Of a stretch of DNA of 64,000 nucleotides, positions 55,388 through 64,000 are shown piece after piece (the first letter of the stretch is position 1; each line of letters starts with the position of its first letter). Below the pieces are notes generated by a model. The model did no database searches, was not told where the DNA came from, and was given only the letters and a program-made list of their open reading frames with translations. The position numbers and the translations under genes are program-made. The stretch lies in assembly GCF_009914755.1 (NCBI RefSeq), contig NC_060948.1. One strand, given 5' to 3'. Source of the DNA: the human T2T-CHM13v2.0 reference genome, Homo sapiens.

Positions 55388-58300
55388 GGCCTGGAATAAA
55401 GTGGAATGCTACGGTCTCGAATGGAATAAAAATGTACGGAATGGAATGCAATGAAACGGAATCGAATGTCATAGAATGTAATGGAATGCAAAAAAATGGA
55501 ATCCAAAATCATTGACTGGAAAGGCTGGGTGTCGAAAGGAATTGACTCCAATGGAATGGAATCGAATGGAATGGAAGTGAATAGAATCGAACTAAATCGA
55601 ATGGAATGGAATTGATAGGAACGGAATGGAAAGGAATGCAATGATTTGGCATGGAATGGAATCGAATGGCATCGAATGGAATGGAATGGAATGCAATGGA
55701 ATGGAATGTATTAGAATGTAATGAAATTTAATGGAATGTACTCGAATGGATTCGACTGGAATGGAATGTTCTGGAAGTGAATGGACTCCAATGGAATGGA
55801 TTCAAAAGGAATGGAATCGTACGGAATGGAATCTAATGGAATGGAATTAAATGGAAATGAATCAAATTGAATAGCACGGAATTGAATTGAATGGAATGGA
55901 ATGCAATGGAATCTAATGAAACGGAAAGGAAAGGAATGGAATGGAATGGAATGGGCTGGAATGGAAAGGAATCGAAACGAATGGAATGGAATCGAACTGA
56001 AGAGACTGGAATGGAATGCACTGGAATGGAAGGGAGTGTAATGGAAGGTTGTCGAAAAAAATGGAATCGAATGGAATGGAATTGAATGGAACGGAATAGA
56101 GTCGAATGGAATTGAATGGAATGGAATGGACTAGAGTGAAATGGAATCGAACCACAAGGAATGGACAGGAATAGAATGGTCTCGAATTGAATGGAATCGT
56201 ATGGAATGGCATCAAACGGAATGGAATGGACAGCCACGGAATGGAATGCACTCGAATGCAATGGAGTCGAAACTAATGGACTGGAATAGAATGGACTCGA
56301 CTGGTACGGACTCCAATGGAATGGAATCGAATGGAAGGGAATCGAACGGAAGGGAATCGAACGGAATGGACTCGAAGGGAAAAGACTGCAATGGAAAGGT
56401 CTCGAATGGAATGGAAATTAATGGAATGGAATGGAATCGAATGAAATGGAGTCAAAAGGAATGGAATCGAATGGCAAGAAATCTAATGTAATGGAATCGC
56501 AAGGAATTGATGTGAACGGAACGGAATGGAATGGAATCCAAAGGAATGGAATAGAATGGAATGGAATCGAATGGAAAGGACTCGAATGGAAATCACTCGA
56601 ATAGAATGCAATTTAATAAAATAGGATCAAATGTAATGGAATGGAATGGAAAGGAATCGAAACGAAAGGAATGGAGACAGATGGAATGGAATGGAACAGA
56701 GAGCAATGGTATAGAATGGAATGGAATCATCTGGAATGGAATTGAATGGAATGGAATAATATGAAATGGAATGGAATGGAATGGAGTGGAATGCCCTTGA
56801 ATTAAATGGACTGGAATGGAATGGACTCAAACAGAGTGGAATGGAAAGTGTGGAGATAGAATGGAATGAACTCCTTTGGAATGGTGTAGTATGCAATGCA
56901 ATCGACTGGCAGGGAATCAAAAGAAATGTAATCGAATGGATTGGACTGGAATGCAATGGACTCGAATAGATTGGAAACGGAATGCAAAGGAATGGAATGG
57001 AATAGTATGGAATGCAATGGAAGGGAATGGAGTGGAATAGACTAGAGTGGAATGGAATGGACTGGAAAGCAATGGACTGGAATGGAACTTTCTTGGATGG
57101 ACTGGAATCAAACGGAATGGAATGCAATGCAATCAAATGGCATGGAATAAAATAGAATGAAAGAGAATCAAATGGAATTGAATCGAATGGAATCGAATGG
57201 ATTGGAAAGGAATAGAATGGAATGGAATGGAATTGACTCAAATGGAATGGACTAGAATGGAATGGATTCGAATGGAAGACAAAGGAATGGAATCTATTGG
57301 AATGGACTGTAATGGAATGGAATGGAAGGGATTGGAATGGACTCGAATGGAATGGACTGCAATAGAAAGGATTCGAATGGAATGAAAAAGAATTGAATGG
57401 AATAGAACAGAATGGAATCAAATCGAATGAAATGGAATGGAATAGAAAGGAATGGAATGAAATGGAATGGAAAGGATTCGAATGTAATGCAATCGAATGG
57501 AATGGAATCGAACGGAATGGAATAAAATGGAAGAAAACTGGCAAGAAATGGAATCGAAATGAATGGAGTGTTATGGAACGGACTCAAAAGGAATTGAATG
57601 TAATAGAATGGAGTGGAGTGGACTCGAATATAATGGACTGGAATGGAATGAAATCACATGGAATGGGAACGAATGGAATGGAATGGAAAGGAATGGAATC
57701 GAATGGAAAGGAATCGAATGGAAGGGAATGAAATTGAATCAACAGGAATGGAAGGGAATAGAATAGACTGTAATGGAATGGACTCGAATAGAATGGACAC
57801 GAATGCTCAAATTAAATGGACTCGAATGGAATGGAAACGAAAGGAATGTCATCGAATGGAATTGAATCGATTGGAATGAAATCGCATAGAATGGAGTGGA
57901 ATCAAATGGAATTGAATCGAAAGGAAAGGAAGCGAATGGACTGAAATGAAATGGAATGGAATTGAATGGAAAGTAATGCAATGGAATAGAATGGAACGAA
58001 ATTTCACGGAATGGAATCAAACTGAATGGAATCAAATCAATGGAATCAAATCAAATGGAATGGAAAGGAATTGAATGGAGTAGATGGGATTGGATGGGAT
58101 TGGAATGAAATGTACTGGAAAGGACTCGAATTTCATGAAACGGAATGGAATGAATTGGAACGGAATGGACTCGAATGGAATGGAATGTCATGGGATGGCA
58201 TCAAATGGAATGGCATCAAATGGAATGGAATCGAATGCAATGGAATGCTATGGAATGGAATGGAATGCATTGGAATGGAATGTCCTCTAATGGAATGGAT

Positions 58301-58971
58301 TCGAGTGGAATGGAATTGAATATAATGGAGTCGAATGAAATGGAATTGAAAGGAATGGGATAGAATACAATGGAATATACTGGAATGTAACGTAATGAAC
58401 TCGAATGTAATTGACTGGAATGGAATGTACATGAATGGAATGTAATCGAATAGAAAGTAATCCAATGGAATAGAATCTAATGCAATAAAATCGACTCAGA
58501 TAGAGTAGAATGTAATGGAATGGAGTGCAGTGCAATGGAATGGAATGGAATGGAATGCAATGGAATGGAATGGAATGGAATGCAATGGAATGGAATGTAA
58601 TGGAATGGGATGGAATGGTATGGAATGGATAGTAATGGACTGGAGTGAAATGGACTGGAAAGGAATGGACTCAAATTGAAAGGGCTCGAAAGGAATGGAG
58701 TCAAATGGAATGGTCTGGAATGGAATGAACACGAATGTAATGCAACCCAATAGAATGGAATCGAATGGCATGGAATATAAAGAAATGGAATCGAAGAGAA
58801 TGGAAACAAATGGAATGGAATTGAATGGAATGGAATTGAATGGAATGGGAACGAATGGAGTGAAATTGTATGCAGTAGAAGAGAATAGAATGGAATGCAA
58901 GCGAAAGGAAAGGAATGGATTGGAATGGAATGGAATTCATTGGAATGGAAGGGAATGTAGTGTAATGGACA
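55388..58971 (+). repeat. DYZ1 monomer H16, 3584 bp
   Basis: GGCC to GGCC; 15-pentamer tract at 58533, identical in pattern to the one at 26469. Confidence 0.92.
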
Positions 58972-61900
58972 GGCCTGGAATAAAGTGGAATGCTACGGTC
59001 TCGAATGGAATAAAAATGTATGGAATGGAATGCAATGAAACGGAATCGAATGTCATAGAATGTAATGGAATGCAAAAAAATGGAATCCAAAATCATTGAC
59101 TGGAAAGGCTGGGTGTCGAAAGGAATTGACTCCAATGGAATGGAATCGAATGGAATGGAAGTGAATAGAATCGAACTAAATCGAATGGAATGGAATTGAT
59201 AGGAACGGAATGGAAAGGAATGCAATGATTTGGCATGGAATGGAATCGAATGGCATCGAATGGAATGGAATGGAATGCAATGGAATGGAATGTATTAGAA
59301 TGTAATGAACTTTAATGGAATGTACTCGAATGGATTCGACTGGAATGGAATGTTCTGGAAGTGAATGGACTCCAATGGAATGGATTCAAAAGGAATGGAA
59401 TCGTACGGAATGGAATCTAATGGAATGGAATTAAATGGAAATGAATCAAATTGAATAGCACGGAATTGAATTGAATGGAATGGAATGCAATGGAATCTAA
59501 TGAAACGGAAAGGAAAGGAATGGAATGGAATGGAATGGGCTGGAATGGAAAGGAATCGAAACGAATGGAATGGAATCGAACTGAAGAGACTGGAATGGAA
59601 TGCACTGGAATGGAAGGGAGTGTAATGGAAGGTTCTCGAAAAAAATGGAATCGAATGGAATGGAATTGAATGGAACGGAATAGAGTCGAATGGAATTGAA
59701 TGGAATGGAATGGACTAGAGTGAAATGGAATCGAACCACAAGGAATGGACAGGAATAGAATGGTCTCGAATTGAATGGAATCGTATGGAATGGCATCAAA
59801 CGGAATGGAATGGACAGCCACGGAATGGAATGCACTCGAATGCAATGGAGTCGAAACAAATGGACTGGAATAGAATGGACTCGACTGGTACGGACTCCAA
59901 TGGAATGGAATCGAATGGAAGGGAATCGAACGGAAGGGAATCGAACGGAATGGACTCGAAGGGAAAAGACTGCAATGGAAAGGTCTCGAATGGAATGGAA
60001 ATTAACAGAATGGAATGGAATCGAATGAAATGGAGTCAAAAGGAATGGAATCGAATGGCAAGAAATCGAATGTAATGGAATCGCCAGGAATTGATGTGAA
60101 CGGAACGGAATGGAATGGAATCCAAAGGAATGGAATAGAATGGAATGGAATCGAATGCAAAGGACTCGAATGGAAATCACTCGAATAGAATGCAATTTAA
60201 TAAAATAGGATCAAATGTAATGGAATGGAATGGAAAGGAATCGAAACGAAAGGAATGGAGACAGATGGAATGGAATGGAACAGAGAGCAATGGTATAGAA
60301 TGGAATGGAATCATCTGGAATGGAATTGAATGGAATGGAATAATATGAAATGGAATGGAATGGAATGGAATGGAATGCCCTTGAATTAAATGGACTGGAA
60401 TGGAATGGACTCAAACAGAGTGGAATGGAAAGTGTGGAGATAGAATGGAATGAACTCCTTTGGAATGGTGTAGTATGCAATGCAATCGACTGGCAGGGAA
60501 TCAAAAGGAATGTAATCGAATGGATTGGACTGGAATGCAATGGACTCGAATAGATTGGAAACGGAATGCAAAGAATGGAATGGAATAGTATGGAATGGAA
60601 TGGAAAGGAATGGAGTGGAACAGACTAGAGTGGAATGGAATGGACTGGAAAGCAATGGACTGGAATGGAACTTTCTTGAATGGACTGGAATCAAACGGAA
60701 TGGAATGCAATGCAATCAAATGGCATGGAATAAAATAGAATGAAAGAGAATCAAATGGAATTGAATCGAATGGAATCGAATGGATTGGAAAGGAATAGAA
60801 TGGAATGGAATGGAATTGACTCAAATGGAATGGACTAGAATGGAATGGATTCGAATGGAAGGCAAAGGAATGGAATCTATTGGAATGGACTGTAATGGAA
60901 TGGAATGGAAGGGATTGGAATGGACTCGAATGGAATGGACTGCAATAGAAAGGATTCGAATGGAATGAAAAAGAATTGAATGGAATAGAACAGAATGGAA
61001 TCAAATCGAATGAAATGGAATGGAATAGAAAGGAATGGAATGAAATGGAATGGAAAGGATTCGAATGGAATGCAATCGAATGGAATGGAATCGAACGGAA
61101 TGGAATAAAATGGAAGAAAACTGGCAAGAAATGGAATCGAAAGGAATGGAGTGTTATGGAACGGACTCAAAAGGAATTGAATGTAATAGAATGGAGTGGA
61201 GTGGACTCGAATATAATGGACTGGAATGGAATGAAATCACATGGAATGGGAACGAATGGAATGGAATGGAAAGGAATGGAATCGAATGGAAAGGAATCGA
61301 ATGGAAGGGAATGAAATTGAATCAACAGGAATGGAAGGGAATAGAATAGACGGTAATGGAATGGACTCGAATAGAATGGACACGAATGCTCAAATTAAAT
61401 GGACTCGAATGGAATGGAAACGAAAGGAATGTCATCGAATGGAATTGAATCGATTGGAATGAAATCGCATAGAATGGAGTGGAATCAAATGGAATTGAAT
61501 CGAAAGGAAAGGAAGCGAATGGACTGAAATGAAATGGAATGGAATTGAATGGAAAGTAATGCAATGGAATAGAATGGAACGAAATTTCACGGAATGGAAT
61601 CAAACTGAATGGAATCAAATCAATGGAATCAAATCAAATGGAATGGAAAGGAATTGAATGGAGTAGATGGGATTGGATGGGATTGGAATGAAATGTACTG
61701 GAAAGGACTCGAATTTGATGAAACAGAATGGAATGAATTGGAACGGAATGGACTCGAATGGAATGGAATGTCATGGGATGGCATCAAATGGAATGGCATC
61801 AAATGGAATGGAATCGAATGCAATGGAATGCTATGGAATGGAATGGAATGCATTGGAATGGAATGTCCTCTAATGGAATGGATTCGAGTGGAATGGAATT

Positions 61901-62514
61901 GAATATAATGGAGTCGAATGAAATGGAATTGAAAGGAATGGCATCGAATACAATGGAATATACTGGAATGTAACGTAATGAACTCGAATGTAATTGACTG
62001 GAATGGAATGTACATGAATGGAATGTAATCGAATGGAAAGTAATCCAATGGAATAGAATCTAATGCAATAAAATCGACTCAGATAGAGTAGAATGTAATG
62101 GAATGGAGTGCAGTGCAATGGAATGGAATGGAATTTAATGCAATGGAATGGAATGGAATGGAATGGGATGGAATGGTATGGAATGGATAGTAATGGACTG
62201 GAGTGAAATGGACTGGAAAGGAATGGACTCAAATTGAAAGGGCACGAAAGGAATGGAGACAAATGGAATGGTCTGGAATGGAATGAACACGAATGTAATG
62301 CAACCCAATAGAATGGAATCGAATGGCATGGAATATAAAGAAATGGAATCGAAGAGAATGGAAACAAATGGAATGGAATTGAATGGAATGGGAACGAATG
62401 GAGTGAAATTGTATGCAGTAGAAGTGAATAGAATGGAATGCAAGCGAAAGGAAAGGAATGGATTGGAATGGAATGGAATTCATTGGAATGGAAGGGAATG
62501 TAGTGTAATGGACA
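58972..62514 (+). repeat. DYZ1 monomer H17, 3543 bp (A/B recombinant)
   Basis: GGCC to GGCC; 1-bp deletion (~60573), 15-bp deletion (~62380), 10-pentamer tract at 62116. Confidence 0.92.
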
Positions 62515-64000
62515 GGCCTGGAATAAAGTGGAATGCTACGGTCTCGAATGGAATAAAAATGTATGGAATGGAATGCAATGAAACGGAATCGAATGTCATA
62601 GAATGTAATGGAATGCAAAAAAATGGAATCCAAAATCATTGACTGGAAAGGCTGGGTGTCGAAAGGAATTGACTCCAATGGAATGGAATCGAATGGAATG
62701 GAAGTGAATAGAATCGAACTAAATCGAATGGAATGGAATTGATAGGAACGGAATGGAAAGGAATGCAATGATTTGGCATGGAATGGAATCGAATGGCATC
62801 GAATGGAATGGAATGGAATGCAATGGAATGGAATGTATTAGAATGTAATGAACTTTAATGGAATGTACTCGAATGGATTCGACTGGAATGGAATGTTCTG
62901 GAAGTGAATGGACTCCAATGGAATGGATTCAAAAGGAATGGAATCGTACGGAATGGAATCTAATGGAATGGAATTAAATGGAAATGAATCAAATTGAATA
63001 GCACGGAATTGAATTGAATGGAATGGAATGCAATGGAATCTAATGAAACGGAAAGGAAAGGAATGGAATGGAATGGAATGGGCTGGAATGGAAAGGAATC
63101 GAAACGAATGGAATGGAATCGAAGTGAAGAGACTGGAATGGAATGCACTGGAATGGAAGGGAGTGTAATGGAAGGTTCTCGAAAAAAATGGAATCGAATG
63201 GAATGGAATTGAATGGAACGGAATAGAGTCGAATGGAATTGAATGGAATGGAATGGACTAGAGTGAAATGGAATCGAACCACAAGGAATGGACAGGAATA
63301 GAATGGTCTCGAATTGAATGGAATCGTATGGAATGGCATCAAACGGAATGGAATGGACAGCCACGGAATGGAATGCACTCGAATGCAATGTAGTCGAAAC
63401 TAACGGACTGGAATAGAATGGACTCGACTGGTACGGACTCCAATGGAATGGAATCGAACGGAAGGGAATCGAACGGAATGGACTCGAAGGGAAAAGACTG
63501 CAATGGAAAGGTCTCGAATGGAATGGAAATTAATGGAATGGAATGGAATCGAATGAAATGGAGTCAAAAGGAATGGAATCGAATGGCAAGAAATCGAATG
63601 TAATGGAATCGCAAGGAATTGATGTGAACGGAACGGAATGGAATGGAATCCAAAGGAATGGAATAGAATGGAATGGAATCGAATGGAAAGGACTCGAATG
63701 GAAATCACTCGAATAGAATGCAATTTAATAAAATAGGATCAAATGTAATGGAATGGAATGGAAAGGAATCGAAACGAAAGGAATGGAGACAGATGGAATG
63801 GAATGGAACAGAGAGCAATGGTATAGAATGGAATGGAATCATCTGGAATGGAATTGAATGGAATGGAATAATATGAAATGGAATGGAATGGAATGGAATG
63901 GAATGCCCTTGAATTAAATGGACTGGAATGGAATGGACTCAAACAGAGTGGAATGCAAAGTGTGGAGGTAGAATGGAATGAACTCCTTTGGAATGGACTA
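62515..64000 (+). repeat. Partial DYZ1 monomer (5' part, subtype B alleles)
   Basis: Starts at GGCC 62515; 15-bp deletion near 63459; GGAGGTAGAAT at 63964; ends in GGACTA. Confidence 0.9.

Larger units (their letters stand above)
1..64000 (+). repeat. DYZ1: Human satellite 3 array of diverged (GGAAT)n, DYZ1 type (HSat3A6, Yq12 heterochromatin), ~18 tandem copies of a ~3.57-kb monomer
   Basis: GGAAT/CGAAT/TGAAT/GGACT pentamers run across the whole window. Landmarks such as GACAGGCCTGG, GGCTGGGTGTCG, GACAGCCACGG and GCAACCCAATAG recur every 3528-3589 bp. One GGCC per monomer at 1885, 5444, 9028, 12602, 16181, 19760, 23324, 26908, 30436, 33979, 37548, 41117, 44686, 48270, 51844, 55388, 58972, 62515. 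GAATTC lies 39 bp upstream of each, except at 41078. Period and single HaeIII/EcoRI sites match the classical male-specific ~3.4-kb HaeIII / 3564-bp EcoRI DYZ1 repeat (recognised from knowledge, not by search). Confidence 0.96.

Noticed and set aside
105-63876. Plus-strand MEWNG-repeat ORFs
   Set aside because: Direct translation of (GGAAT)n; they overlap in all frames and are low complexity, with no coding evidence.
1-64000. CRISPR-like or other prokaryotic repeat system
   Set aside because: No repeat-spacer alternation, unique spacers or associated genes; monomers are near-identical along their whole length.
1-64000. DYZ2 (HSat1B/Alu) block, L1/Alu insertion or strand inversion
   Set aside because: No AT-rich or Alu sequence, poly(A) tail or switch to (ATTCC)n was seen, and the monomer lengths leave no room for an insertion.
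1-64000. Assignment to HSat2 or to the chr9 HSat3 array
   Set aside because: The dominant word is GGAATGGAAT rather than the HSat2 CATTCGATTC/GATGAT pattern, and the ~3.57-kb period with single HaeIII/EcoRI sites fits DYZ1.

Overview
The whole 64-kb window is one uninterrupted, single-orientation array of human satellite 3, a diverged (GGAAT)n repeat with the G-rich strand on +. It is organised as a ~3.57-kb tandem monomer: 17 complete copies of 3528-3584 bp plus two partial copies, each with one HaeIII/StuI site and normally one EcoRI site. This matches the human Y-chromosome Yq12 DYZ1 repeat (HSat3A6). I see no credible genes, RNA genes, transposon insertions, DYZ2/Alu segments or inversions; the ORF track is an artefact of the pentamer. 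I found no new protein-coding system. The informative structure lies inside the satellite: (1) two perfect heat-shock elements per monomer, with variant monomers gaining or losing one; (2) all monomer length variation traces to four loci; (3) a distinct monomer subtype with mappable recombination breakpoints; (4) shared variants at 3-, 6- and 9-monomer offsets, hinting at a ~10.7-kb higher-order repeat; (5) an odd mutation spectrum with few CpG transitions, GG>TT doublets and clustered changes. All variant calls were made by eye, not by alignment.
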